Shown here: one piece after another, positions 14,923-30,149 of the stretch
How the letters are laid out: each line of letters opens with the position of its first letter
Numbering within the stretch: position 1 is the first letter of the stretch
Source: Eledone cirrhosa
Lineage: Eukaryota
Assembly (NCBI GenBank): GCA_964016885.1
Contig: OZ024758.1
Span: 434,001-498,000 of the forward strand
Reading direction: 5' to 3'
DNA length: 64,000 nt
Notes under the pieces: model-generated
Database searches by the model: none
What the model was told of the DNA's origin: nothing
What the model saw: only the letters and a program-made list of their open reading frames with translations
Translations under genes and position numbers: made by a program

Positions 14923-15639
14923 TGTTTCGCATGTGTGAATAATAAAATCAATTGAGAATTTACAAGAAATACTCATTAATGCGTGAATTATATAAAGAAA
15001 GTTATAATTTTACTTACGATATTACGGAAGAGGTCTTTACTAACTCACTCGATCTGCTTAGAATTGTAACTGAATCTCTGAAATTATATACTACCAACTT
15101 TGGAAAATGAAGGACCAATCGAATAACAAGTCTCTTGATGTATTATAAAAATGACGATGGTCACAACTAGAGTGCCTCCAACCATAGGACTCTTCGATCG
15201 ATATATATATGCCGGGTAAAAAAATGCAAAAGTCTGTTTTTGATGACAGTGCATTGATCATAAGTATTGAACTACATAGGTGAAAGTTTTAATGGTACTA
15301 ATTTTACTTTACTATACCTTTCGTTTGAAAGTAAAACTGGGAATAAAACCATAACGATTATTTCGATTTGTGCTGGCTCCTGAACCTCTATGTTTAGAGT
15401 ATACTCACTGAGATCAACCTTTCTATTTAAAGGGACACTACAAAAGTTTATGAAAGATTTTATTCCAGAAATTATTGGTATAAAATTCACCATGATCCAC
15501 GTGCAGTCGTCTTCATTACAATTATTGTGTGTGAATACTGATATATAGTTTTATACGTTCCAACTGTCAAATCTAATGTTACATTGAGTGAGTAGTGGGC
15601 CGGGTAGGGTTATACGGATCACTATTCCGATAGTTTCGT

Positions 15640-15729
<90 letters not shown>

Positions 15730-16106
15730 TAGTAATAATAATAAAATTGAAGACTAAAATCCAAGCTCCACATTTGACTTATTATCTTCGTTTTTTCGTT
15801 CATTGCCAGAGAACGTCTCTATGCACCACCTAATAGAACATTAGTCTACGACCTCTTTTATACCATAAACGTGGTTCTGTCTTTGCGCGTAATTGTTTTT
15901 CACCGCTCCTATTAATGACGTATTATTCGTTTTTTCCCGTTCTTTGCCAGCGAACGTTCCCACGAACGAAAGTATCGTCTTCCTGTCTTCCTCCGGTTGA
16001 AATATCCAGTTCTGCGTTTACAGATTGACTTTGTTAGTTTCGGAAGATCCCGTTAAGGGTAAAAGCAGCGATTCTTTGCTTAAACTTTAATCTATTATTT
16101 TAATAA

Positions 16107-16220
<114 letters not shown>

Positions 16221-16253
16221 GAAAATTGCAAACTGGACTGTCACCACACATTA

Positions 16254-16292
16254 TGAACCTGAAGATTGCGAAAGCATGAAAGTACTTGTTCA
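16254..16292 (+). ncRNA. Minimal type I hammerhead ribozyme (family C)
   Basis: TGAAC-CTGAAGA-T-TGC-GAAA-GCA-T-GAAA-GTAC-TT-GTTCA. Stem I is 5 bp, stem II has a GNRA loop, stem III is the palindrome AGTACT and the site is CUU. It sits in a ~195-bp insert (16217-16410) bounded by (TA)n. Confidence 0.75.
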
Positions 16293-16404
16293 ATTAACAC
16301 TTAACATTTAATATTCTATCATATTATTTCATTATAATACCATTATAAATTTTAAAGGATTGTAAATAAAACGAGTAAATCAGACAAAGTTGGAATTCCT
16401 TTTA

Positions 16405-16479
<75 letters not shown>

Positions 16480-16605
16480 TGGCAACCGGCCAGGTTGCCC
16501 AATTGCAAGTGGGTACTAGGGAATCCACGGTACCATTGCAGGGGCCCACAGTAGCATTACAGGGCCCACTGTAGTATTTTAAGGGCCAATGCTTAGTTTT
16601 CAAAA

Positions 16606-17014
16606 AATAGCTGTAGTCTAAGAGAAAGAATAGAACGACATCACATCATTTTGTATTGAACATTTTGAAAGTTGGTTTATAAGTATGAATTTTCGTATGA
16701 TTTTCGTAGCTGTCTCAGTAGGTACTAGAGACGGTGGAGATCCTGGTCTTGGATTCAATCCTGGTCAAGAGGTACATGTAATCTTTTTCAGTTTTTATTT
16801 TACAACCAATAGAAAAAATAACTGAAAAGGTCTACCAGGAATCCTTCTCCCGACCAGGATCGAACTTCAGAACAAGATCACCACAGTCTACGATTCCTCC
16901 AACTAGGCCACCGAGACAGCTACAAAAGTATAAGGAAAATTGATAATTATAGAGCTACTTTCAATATCAAAGTTAAAAAGATGTGGCGTCGTTCATGGCT
17001 TTTCTACAGCTATT
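16606..17014. repeat. About 410-bp imperfect palindrome with two convergent tRNA-derived heads
   Basis: The arms pair along their length (ATAGCTGTAG/CTACAGCTAT, GTAGCTGTCTC/GAGACAGCTAC, ATCCTGGTC/GACCAGGAT). The right arm (minus strand) has A-box TGGCCTAGTTGG and B-box GTTCGATCC. Confidence 0.6.
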
Positions 17015-17194
17015 AGTAATATTTTGGGTCGCCTTGTCAACCTTCTGGCTCTTTGGTAACAACCTTATTATTCCTATGTGTGTTTAACTGTTGAATTGAT
17101 TTAATTTGATTATTTTAACAAACAAATAATATATATATCACTGATATCACTGCTCTACACCAACACCATATATATATATATATATATATATATA

Positions 17195-17470
17195 TGGTGT
17201 TGGTGTAGAGCAGTGATATCAGGGCCACTATCTTCTTGGGGATTCCATAAGCCTGTAACATCTTCATCAGGCAGTGACGGTCCACAGAATCAAAGGCCTT
17301 CCTAAAGTCAATAAAAACCATGACCGCAGAAAGGCACTTTGCTCTAGCTCCCTCTAATATTCTCCTCAGCATCAGGATGTGACTGGTGGTTGATCTTCCC
17401 TCTCTGAAGCCGTTCTGGTTGTCACTGAGCTTCTTCTCCATCTCGGGCTGGATCCTGTTAAGAATCATCC
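17195..17470 (-). mobile_element. RTE/RTE-X LINE, inverted 5' segment (RT N-terminal part)
   Basis: LNRIQPEMEKKLSDNQNGFREGRST..VFIDFRKAFDSV..LQAYGIPKKIVALISLLYTNT. Confidence 0.9.
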
Positions 17471-18413
17471 CGATGAGATGACAGAGTTCTTTGAGATATT
17501 GGCTGGAGTGCTCCAGGGAGATACATTGACTCCCTACCTTTTTATCATCGTAGTGGACTAGTGTATGCGCCTTACACTGGAGAAACACCAGGACTCTGGC
17601 TTTACTGTAACACCGGCTCAGAGCAGGAGAGTTAAGGTGAAAAAGATATCGGATGCTGAATTTGCCGACGACATAGTTTTGGTGACAAATACAGTGAAGG
17701 AGGCAGAGGATTTGATGCTGGAAGTTGAGACTGTGTCGATGAATGTGGGGCTGAGAATGAATGAGACTAAGACAACATGTCTGGTAGAGAATGTTGAGAA
17801 GCCAGAGTGGATTACTAATGTAGGCGGGAAGCCGCTGGAATTAGTTGAGAACTTCCTGTATTTGGGAGCAAAAATTGGGAATACGGAAGATGATATGGTT
17901 GAGAGGAAGAGCAAAGCCTGGGCGGCGTGCCACAGCTTGAGATCGGTATGGAAGTAGCACCTTCGTGAAGACCTGAAGATCCGCTTCTTCATTGCTGTAG
18001 TGGAGTCTGTGCTGCTGTACGGGTCTGAGACTTGGACACTGACCAAGAAACTCACTCAGATGGTGGATGGGTGCTACACGAGAATGCTGAGGATGGCTCT
18101 GAACATTAATCAGTATACACTGAGGATGAAAAACTCAGAGCTGTATGGGAGCCTCCCAAAAGTCAGCTCAAAAGTGACACAGAGGAGACTGAGGTTAGCT
18201 GGACATGCTCACCGACATCCATAGTTGACACTGCACTCAGTGCTCCTGTGGGAGCCCCTACATGGACACACTAGAAGAGGAAGACCAAGATTAACGTATG
18301 TTGATGCCCTAAGGACGGACACTGGTCTGTTGGAGACGCAGGACAGGGAAGCGATAATGAAGGACAGAGATCGCTGGAGAGAACTCGTCCATGGATCTCG
18401 GGAATTTTACCCG

Positions 18414-18417
<4 letters not shown>
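17468..18417 (+). mobile_element. RTE/RTE-X LINE, 3' segment (RT core to C-terminus), pseudogenised, ending in (TA)n
   Basis: PDEMTEFFEILAGVLQGDTL..EFADDIVL..FLYLG..VESVLLYGSETWTL..RLRLAGHAHRH..RRGRP, with in-frame stops. Confidence 0.9.
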
Positions 18418-18459
<42 letters not shown>

Positions 18460-18658
18460 GCGGACTGGAGCCTGGACCTGATGATGGAGCGGATGGCCGG
18501 TAGGTGGATCGGTGAATCGCGGATGAGGACATTCTCTTTTGGGCTCACCTGTACCTGGTGGTACGTCCGAGCTTACACATACACACGAACTTCTGACCAA
18601 ATAATGTTTGGTACCAATGGGATAAAGACATCTGTCTAATCAATTAGTGGGGAAGGGG

Positions 18659-18758
<100 letters not shown>

Positions 18759-19000
18759 ATGAGAAGATGTGTGTGTGTATATATATATAAATAAATATAT
18801 ATATATACTCATGTACACATACATATATATACATATACATACATATATATATACACACACACACACATATATAAATATATATATAAATATGTGTGTCTGA
18901 GTGCGCGTGTGTGTGCGTGCGTGTGTGTGTATGTGTGTGCGTGTATGGGTTTGTGAGTGTGTGTGTGTGAATGTATATTTACATGTATATACACACACAC

Positions 19001-19037
<37 letters not shown>

Positions 19038-20132
19038 TATATATATATAAATATATATATATAAAGAGAGCGAGAGAGAGTGGGCGAGAAAGAAAGACGG
19101 GAGAGAGCGGGAGAGCAAGGGTGGTTTATGCGATATACAATGTAGATCAATTACATACATCCTCATAGAGAAGTATTGAATAAATTATGAAAGGAAAACG
19201 AGATGAATCATATGAGTGAACACATTGTAGGTTGCTTATTAAGTGTTATAATAAGCTTTCTCAAGAAAACCATTAAGGTAATCTGTCAAATTTCATATCC
19301 TGTCATATATCATATATAATTTGTTACTTTGTCTAATCAAATAGACAATCCCACAATTCCCACTCACGGACTTTACTATGGGTATCCTATATGGTCGAGT
19401 GATCTGCTGGAAATAACTACCAAATTTTACTACAATAGATAGACAATAGTCTGACGTGAAATGTAGGAATTTTATTGTTGGAATGTCTTTGATCACCTGT
19501 CTGCTTTATCTGTCTGACCAGGACCTGAACAGTACCAACCATGTGTCACCAACAAGGCATCCATTTTGCATAGCTTGGTAGCTAGAAAAAGCAGTCAAAT
19601 TTCACTGAAATCACTTACTATAGTCTTAAAAACAAAACGATACAGTCGATAATATAGTCTTAGATATGTATATTGCGCCTGGAAATGATTAATGAAGATT
19701 GCAACAGATGGAATGTGTTTGATCTTGTGTCTTTCAGCTCAATTACGAAAACGATAATAACAGGAAAAAATATACCGTCATCGTGTCAACAGACATGGAA
19801 ATTTTTATATGAACACAAGGCCGTCTACACATTGTAGAAAAATTTGTGTTATAACACACATTGTTTTAAAGAAACGTTATATCATATAACGTAGTCTTTA
19901 AACTAATGTTCACGGTAGCCGTGCCTCTAGTCATAGATCCTTCCTAACAAGGTTTGCATGCGGTTGAATAACAAAACCTAAAACTATTATTATATTGCAA
20001 AGTTGTCTGACTTTTATATATACTTTTTATTTTATCTTTTGTTATTCATAAGTTGGTATTTATAAAGTTTGCAACCTATCACCTTTTCTGTATTGTGTTC
20101 GTTGCCAAAGATATTTCAATAACACATTGTAA

Positions 20133-20330
20133 GTAGGTTAAACAGGGCGGGAACACTTCACTAATTGCGACTGCTAAAAAAAGGGCTAAAGTCTCGGCCC
20201 ATTTGGCGTTCTGAATGGTACGCTTAATTTCAAAATTGCCTTGAATTTTGTTAGTAGTGTGGCCCACTTTATGATGAGCCACATTCCTATGTGGCCCATT
20301 GCTCGAAAAAAGTTGCTCATACCAAGTTTA
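20133..20330. mobile_element. Possible hAT-like non-autonomous DNA transposon relic
   Basis: CAGGGCGGGAAC start and GTGGCCC..AAAAAAGTTGCTCATACC end resemble hAT/Charlie-type MITE termini. Confidence 0.3.
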
Positions 20331-21755
20331 GAGCATATAAAAAGGGTCTACTAATAACAGGATACAAAATGCTCAAAATTGGATTGTTTATCCAATGCAA
20401 TATCCATTCAGTCATCTGTACTACCGGAAGTAATGATTATTTTTCTCAAAATTTGTTCGATCAGATTTTCGCTGTTTGACATCTTACAAGACACACAGTC
20501 TCTCTCTCCACAGAAGAAGCGTCTTTGGTTGTAGTTTGAATAGATTAACTAAGCCTGAAACAAGAGCAATGTAAAGTGACGTCTGACATACAAACATCAA
20601 CAAAATTATCGAACAGAATGAAAATGCTTCCAAAAGTGTTACAAGTCTCTTAACAGTCAATGCTTAAATCCTCTCCCACACTTATGCTCCTTAGTTCATG
20701 ATTCTGTATCTGTTAGGATAATAATTCTGTACTTATTCTCGAGACAATACTGAATTAAAACAGTTAAATTCAGTATAATGTTCATATAACCCAGAAACAC
20801 TAAGTATTTCTACTGGAACATAAAATGTATGGTCAGTATTATACTTCTGTGTCTATTTAACCATTCCGCTTCTGAATAAGTATATGCAAGGGGTTAAAAT
20901 AAAATTATGAAGAAAAAATGCAAAACAAAAAAAAGGTAAGTGATATCAGCACTACTACCATCACCTCCAGTACCACCAGCAGCAGCACCATCACCATCAC
21001 TACTACCACCACCACCACCACTACCATCAGCACCACTACCACTGTCATCAGTACCACCACCTTCAGCACCATCAGCATCAGTACTACCACTACCACCTAA
21101 CCAGCACCATCAGCATCACTATTACCACTACCACCGCCATCAGCAGCAACACCACCACCACAACAACCACCACCATCACCATCACCACTACTACCACCAC
21201 CACCACTACCACCACCACTACCACCACCACCACCACCACCATTAACGCTATAACACAAATAGCCAAATAATAATAAGGAGTAGAAAAATAAGGTTTTCGG
21301 ATTAAGTTCTACATCATTTCTACATCACAGGTGATTTACATGAATAAACTTCTGGACGCAATCACATTTATGTAATCTGTTTTCTGTTTTATCAAAATAT
21401 GAATAAATCTTCAAATAAACATTTTTTCTGGTCAGACTGGCGACACAGCAAGCATACGTTTGTTATTTATTCTCAAGAAACCGCTTCAAGAGAAGGAAAA
21501 ATACACACAAAAAAATTCCCAACAAAAATAAACAAGAAAAACAACAAAAATGTTTACGAATCTAACCTGCAGACGTTTCTTTTTATTCTTTTTCTTTCCA
21601 AGGAACATGCAGCAGACATGCGCACTGATGCTACGTCAGCCACTTTCATATATTTTATTTATTCAGTTATATACACATAAAGGCCAGCCTCTCTTCTTAC
21701 ACGCAGACAGACACACATATATATACACACCCACACCCAAACACACATGTAAATA

Positions 21756-21808
<53 letters not shown>

Positions 21809-22212
21809 ACACAGATACGCACAGACACAAACACACACAGACACACGGTCATGCACATACATGTGTGCAAATGTATGTTGTAATATATATGTCTATGTCT
21901 ATGTATATATGTATATATACAACTATATGTCAATGTCTGTATATATATACAAATATATGTCTATGTCTATGTATATGTATATACAAATATATGACATACG
22001 TCTGACAGTCTTCTGGAACACATTTAAATGCGGCTTTGCATATGAAACACTATATAGATGCATAAACCCTCATTCACACTCACACTCACACACACACACT
22101 CACACTCACACACCCACACCCTCACTCACACACCCTCACTCACACTCACACACACACAAATAAGCTCACACATTTGTATATATGTATGTATATATATATA
22201 CAAATACAAATG

Positions 22213-22298
<86 letters not shown>

Positions 22299-22385
22299 CA
22301 TATGTATCTATGCATGTATATTTATGTTTACACACACACATAAATATATATATGTATACATACATATATATATATCTATATACAT

Positions 22386-22419
<34 letters not shown>

Positions 22420-22425
<6 letters not shown>

Positions 22426-22571
22426 ATACTTTGGGAGGGTCATGTTGCCAATAGAAACACACGCACCAGTCGCTTCACTTCAATTTATTATAAATTAAAT
22501 TTATAAATTTAGGACACACGTTTCAACACACGTTTTCAGATAAAGAATCTTGCTAAACAAATTCAGAAACG

Positions 22572-22575
<4 letters not shown>
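22420..22575. mobile_element. PLE pLTR derivative, family B: inverted fragment plus terminal tail, in (TA)n
   Basis: Same two segments and arrangement as 4068-4278, but shorter. Confidence 0.7.
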
Positions 22576-22670
<95 letters not shown>

Positions 22671-22777
22671 TGTATGTATGTATGTATGTATGTATGTATG
22701 TATGTATGTATGTATGTATGTATGTATGGATGTATTTTCAAGGCAATAAATAGTTTCATCATGGCGCATCCATCTAA

Positions 22778-22880
22778 ATGTTCTCTTCGATGAGAAGGTT
22801 TTTTATGTTTCTTCTTTCGTTCTATTCATTTTTCTTTCGGTATTGCCTCATCGTATCAACATTGTCAGGTGCCGAAACTA
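22778..22880 (+). CDS. Candidate signal-peptide-encoding exon of a host gene
   Basis: [30 protein letters not shown] followed by a phase-1 donor A|GTGAGT at 22881; acceptor-like TTTTCAAG at about 22742. No downstream exon identified. Confidence 0.35.
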
Positions 22881-25390
22881 GTGAGTACTTACAGCTGTTT
22901 CTATGCCAAAGCAAGGCACGAGGTTTGTGCTGGAAGGGACGCAAGACAAATATAATGCTGCCGGCTACCAACACCGCCAAGTTCGTTTCTTCACTAGCTC
23001 AACTGCAAACACAGACGCAACAAACACAAACACGCACACACACACGCACATACAAATATACATAGACATTCACAGAAATACAAATATACTTCAATGCACA
23101 CGAGAACACATACACAAACCCTAAGTAAACATCAAAACACCCAAGTAAAATACACCCAACCCGAACCAAACTAACATAAAAAATGAACTACAAACCCAAC
23201 AGATTATTAAAAACACACTTGACTTCACTGTATAAAAAGATAAAGCATAAAAAAAAAATATATATCTATACAATAATTATTTCTTTCATTGGTATAATCG
23301 AATATTTCTGTGGTGGGTCAAAATTATTCAGCGATTTTTATTGATCAGAAAGTGGTGTAAAGAAAAGTTAGTCTCTTACGATGGAATCTGATCTCAGAAT
23401 ACAGGAGGGGATAAGAAAATGGCGTAATACATATAGCAAGTAATGTTGCATATTATGCTTTTCAACCAAACCTAGTACTATATAGTCATTTATATTGAGT
23501 TTATTAATCTCTAACGCTATGATAACGCTGATACCTGTCGGTAATCGTGGTCACTAACGTGCTGACACACGCATTACTACTTTGGAAAGTATGATGAAAT
23601 AAATACATCGTCATAATAAATTAGATATATGTCCGGAGTTGTCTTCCCTCCTTGACGAAATAATTTAAGTAATATCAGACATTGTCTAATATTGAATATT
23701 CTTCCTCGCAGCAAAATCGTAATATGTTCCGCAGTAAAAGTCGCTCTTTATTTACCTTTTTCTTCTAGATAAAGGTGTGTTTTATATAACAGTGTGGTAT
23801 ATAATCTGTGTAACATGGTATATTAGTTGACGTTTTCATGTTAACTGCATTAAATATATTTGCGTACTTTCAATGAGAAATACGAGTCTTTCGTTTTTTA
23901 CTTATTGATAAAGAGTGGGAACCATAAATATTCTACACGTCTCACTTCAATTAATATTATTGTGTGCTCCTGTTAGTACAATTAATATTTTTTTTTAGAA
24001 CAATCATTTTTTATATTAGAACGAAGGCAAGGTTGCACCATAAATAAACCTTATTAGTATATGACAATTGTTTTGATATTGATCAAAATAATTGTTATAT
24101 GCTAATAAAGTTTATTTATGGTGCATAAAGTTTATTTATGGTGCAACCTAGCCTTCGTTCCTATAAGTAGGAACGAAGGTTGCTTTTACGTAGTTGTTAC
24201 GTTGTAACTTCTTGAGGATAAGCCGGTCCGAGCGATCCAAAAGCACTTCACGTCAATATTTTATTCCAGTTGAAAGTTGGTGATTAGTATTCGACTGTAC
24301 ACATGACTGTCCATAAATATATGTATGCCAAATAATTGTTTATGCTTTTTGTTCATTTTAAACACAATGAACACAATGAACACAATGAATGCATTTAAAT
24401 GTAGGGACAAACATACAATACAGAAATCATCAAGATCATTTTAGTCTGGTCTTTGCCGTGCTAGATAGAGTACTAAAATATCCTTCAAAGGGCGTTAAAG
24501 AAGTAAAGAATGAAGGACATAGTGAATAATGGTGTCATTGAAACATTAAAATGGTATGAATGTCATTATCCAAAGGTCTGTTCAATCAGTGCTGTACCTA
24601 TATCATAGCAACCAAAGAGGGAGCCTGTTTTTTGTCACTCGGCTAGAGAAAGCAGCCAATTTTCGAATCTGCTGTCTGAAATAACGGAAGGAGATATTGA
24701 ATAATGTAGTTCTAGATTGATAGACAATGTTGGAAAAAATACTTGATAAACATGGCAGGAACGCCTTTAATCATACAACTGTTTGATTATCTCTGATATA
24801 GAACAGCAAGATGCAACATACAGACGAAAAACACATTTACACGCAAGCCGTTGAACAATTCACATTAAACCAAACACAGACACAGATACACAGCCAAACA
24901 CATGCATATGTATACACACACATACAGAAACATCGGCAGAGATTCGTGAATCTCGATCCAATTAAAAGATGTGAATTAGCAATCTTGCTTTGATGAGTTA
25001 TGGTCTATTTTCTCCCATCGGTATCGCTGTACTCATTAGGAAGTGATAACTCGGCATGGTGTCGCAGAAATTGGACAATAAATAAACATCGCTTGAAGAA
25101 TTTGTGCTTCACAACACTCATTTACATGTACATGTACACACAGACTTGTTAACAGGCAGACACACACAAACATATCTACATACACACAAACACGCAAACA
25201 CACATATATGTGTGTGTGTATAATGTACATATATATGTATATATATATACATATATATGTATATATATATATATACATATATATGTATATATATATATAC
25301 ATATATATACGTGTGTAAATATATATATATATATATTTATATATGTATAAATACATACATATATATCTATATATGTATATATAATGTATG

Positions 25391-25472
<82 letters not shown>

Positions 25473-25507
25473 CATAAATATATATATGTGTGTGTATGTG
25501 CATAATA

Positions 25508-25590
<83 letters not shown>

Positions 25591-26515
25591 TTTACTTGTG
25601 TGTGTATGTGCATATTATATATATATACTTAAATATATACGTATATATATATATACATAAATATATATATATATATGTGTGTGTGTATGTGTATAATTAA
25701 TAATAATAATATATACATATATATACGCACACACAATTACATGTGCGGCGTGTTGATTAAATATAAATACACGTAGTATACGATGGTTTCACACGGGTTT
25801 GAGTTGCATTTATATGAATATATTTAGGTAGGGTGGAGTAACAGTCCTTATTAAAGGCTGAGTCTGTATGACTCGCTCCCTGTATATATCGTTCCCAGTC
25901 CTTACACATTCATACATACATACATACATAGACACAGACATACATATATACATGATGATGATGATGGCTGCAACACGATTTTGAGTAATGCCATCGCCTG
26001 ATACTTAAGCATGTGCAGCATGGACGTGGCATTTTAGTCTTGCTAGGGACTTGCCTATGGCCAGCAATAACATGCATAGCAAAATATGTCACACATCAAG
26101 CGATGCCTGTGCTTGAAGGTTTTTTAAGTGAGGAAGGGGTTTGCATGGGTCGAATCCCACTCTCTGAACATCGAATGCATTTGCCCCAAAATAACATCAT
26201 TGGATGCAAACGAAGTCGCAGGTTTTATATCAGAGTGACCTACAGAGATGTCTTGAATACATATATACACACATATATACATACATACACACACATACAT
26301 ACATCCATTCACACATAGACACATACAAGCATATATACATGTATACATACATATACACGCATACATACAAACATATATACATATATACATACATAGATAT
26401 ATACATAAATACACTCACACGTACATACACAAACACATACATACACATACATACGTGCATACATTCATACATCAATTCATTCAAACGCATTTACATATAT
26501 ACATATATGTATGTA

Positions 26516-26553
<38 letters not shown>

Positions 26554-26769
26554 ATTAGAATGTTATATCTCATATGGATACTTACACACACACACACACA
26601 CACACATATATGTGTGTGTGTGTGTTTATATATATATATATATATATGCATATATATATATATATATATTTACTTTAATTTTAGTTTTATCGGATATATT
26701 ATTACCGAGCTAAAAATATTAATATACACAAAAATACATTGTGGGTAACATGTTCACACACACACACAC

Positions 26770-26818
<49 letters not shown>

Positions 26819-28054
26819 CGATAGAGAGATAGTTGGATAGGCAGATCAGATTTGGCTCATTTGGTGTGGTAGTCCCGTATGTGGTTTATTCCTATAGAAA
26901 TGTTGGTTCGGTTAATCAGAGTCTGAATCTGCTACAGAGATTATGGTGACTAGGTTATTATTTTTATAGACTGGAAAGTTATGAGGGACAGTAAATCCAA
27001 GAGCTCCAACTATAACGGGAAATATGCCTCACAAGATATAAAATTCCCTAAGAAATTTGGACAAATTTCAAAGTATTCTGCCCCTCAATCGAAACTACTT
27101 TAAAAATGCAACATCTCCAAAATCACTCAGAAAAGTTATAATTATATATTACTCTAAAAAACGACCGTCAAATCTAATGTAGTACAACAATGAAAGGTTT
27201 AATCTATTTCCTTTCAATTGTAGAACACAGAATGACATTACATTAACCATCTGTAGTTAGGTTAATCAAAAAGGTGTTACGACCATTAATTAGTCCTATG
27301 TGTCAGTCCAGCTGTAAGACATTACAGAATGTTATATACTGTGTATACATTTATTTGCTTTTCCATTCGATTTCAATAGGTCTCCATAAACGTTTTGCAG
27401 CCTGTATTAGTAATATCACATCACCCGTTGCCCTTATGGCAAATTAAAGACTCCATCATTACTATTAATGTTGCTGATATACATTTGGCTTCACATGAAC
27501 AAGTGTTTATGTATTTATATGTCCCTATGGTCTTTTTTCTCTATTTTTTCTAATGCTCTTGTGCGTATTAACGTGATAGGTGTTATGTGTCAGGCAATGA
27601 TGAAATGAGTGAAAAAGCGACTGCGTATTAGTCTAAGCGTATGTGTATGTGTATGCTTTAATTTGCATTTGTTTGTGTGTATATATATATATATATATAT
27701 CCATTACTGTTATGAAAAAAAAAAGTAACAAAAAAAGCCTATTTTACAAATTGCAGTGGTAATAATTGAGTGTGTATATCCGCTATACGATGAACCATAA
27801 TTGGCAAAGTTTGCCCAGAGCGGAAGTTATGGGTTGATAGTGGGTGACATTTAGAGGTAAAGAATGAGAACGAGAAATAAGATCTACGTAGAAGCGGGGT
27901 GATGCAAATGTCTGGAGGTGAAAGTGTTTCACGTAATTTATTTATAAACCTGTGTTTATATTTACAGCCAGCTAACCAGCTAACCAAAGAAATACAAGGT
28001 TGAGGAAATTACTATTGTAAAACTTGAATCCAGATCTCTAACTGTGCATATACA

Positions 28055-28185
<131 letters not shown>

Positions 28186-28325
28186 GCATATATACATATA
28201 TGTATATATGCATATATGCATATATACATATCTATATATGCATATATACATATATGTATATATATATTACATATATATTATATATATATATATTATATAT
28301 ATATATTATATATATATATTATATA

Positions 28326-28367
<42 letters not shown>

Positions 28368-28579
28368 ATATATATATGTATATATACATATATGTATATG
28401 TATATATTATATATATTATATATATATACATATATGTATATATGCATATATATTATATATATATATAAGTATATATACATATATGTATGTATGTATCCAT
28501 ATATGTATGTATATATACATATATGTATATATACATATATGTATATATATATTATATATATAATCTATAAATAAAAAAA

Positions 28580-28611
<32 letters not shown>

Positions 28612-28744
28612 CTGTATGTATGGTCTTTTAGTTTTATTATTTTATAAATTTTCACCAATAGAGAGGGCACCGGTCTCTAATATTGAAACCAACTTTTTCA
28701 ATGACATTTAGACACCGAAGTAAATACTTATGTATGTCTCTCTC

Positions 28745-28821
<77 letters not shown>

Positions 28822-30149
28822 ATGTGTGTGTGCGTATGTGTGTGTGTGTATGTGTGCGTATGTGTGTGTGTATATGGATGATATTGCAAGTGTAAATCCG
28901 TGTTTTGAGTTATATGTGTACCTGTTCATATGTACCTGTACATATGCATTTGTTACTTGCTGAATTTCTGAAATGTTTTACACATGCTTATGTATAATAC
29001 TTTCATTTTGAAGCTTTCATAGCCATGCATGTATCTTTGCTGATAAAAATGCAAGTTTTCTTCCATGGATTGTTGGCAGTATTGCTTTGCAATTTTCCTG
29101 GGTGTGAGCTTTAGGTTATCATGTTGGGAAGTATTTCTTATGTATCTCTTTCCCGACTCTTAGATGTTATCTGCCTTATGTAGACAAAGTCTTACACACA
29201 CAAACAATCACATTCACACAAATAGGTGCACGCACTGACACTCACACTCAAACACATACAAACACAAACAGACACGAAATACAGAAAACGGGAAATTCTA
29301 AGAAGTTGTTGAATCCATAAAATAATATAAAATATTGAACATGTACCATTCGTTAAGATGAGAATATAACCAAATGATTCTTTCTAAAATAATTTCCTGT
29401 ACTACGTAAAAGATGGATTCTTGAGTTAGTTTTCAGTGAACGAAGAGAGAAAGATATGAGTCTTTGAAATAGTGAAACAAGATGGAAGGGAGGAAAAGAA
29501 CGGAAATAACAAACAAATAAATAAAGAAATAAAGAAATAAAGAAATAACGATGGCAAGGAAGAAAGAAAGGAAGAAAGAAATATCTATAGGTAACAACAA
29601 GGGTGTGTATATCATTAGTCTGCATGAAATAAGTGTCAGGGAAAAGTAATATTCGTAAACTGAGTGACGTGCATAATTGTCAAATCTCCACTCCCTTGTG
29701 TTTTGATAGCGTTCAGAATTACATTATTAGGTTGCAGATTTATTTATTTATTTATATATATTTTATTTTATTTATACTTTCATTTATTTATTTTTATATA
29801 TTTATTTATTCATATTTTTATTTATTTATTTATATAATGTTATTCTATATTGTTTTATTTTATTTAACTCTATATTGTACCATTAGGTTATTTTGTTGTT
29901 TGATTGGAAGTTTGTATTTTTTGATTTTAAAATGAATTTAACAGATTATACTGATACAGGATATCAGTTAAATAATCCACCACAGAATAATAACTGTGTG
30001 ATACCACAATATGATAATTAAATTAATGGTACGTGTCACAGCAAAACAACATTCAACATAGCTGTTTATGATATCCTGCTAATCGATTTTATTCTATTAA
30101 GTCAGCATTTCGATTACCCCTTAAAAGGTCTGTGATTTTATGCGTTTGT

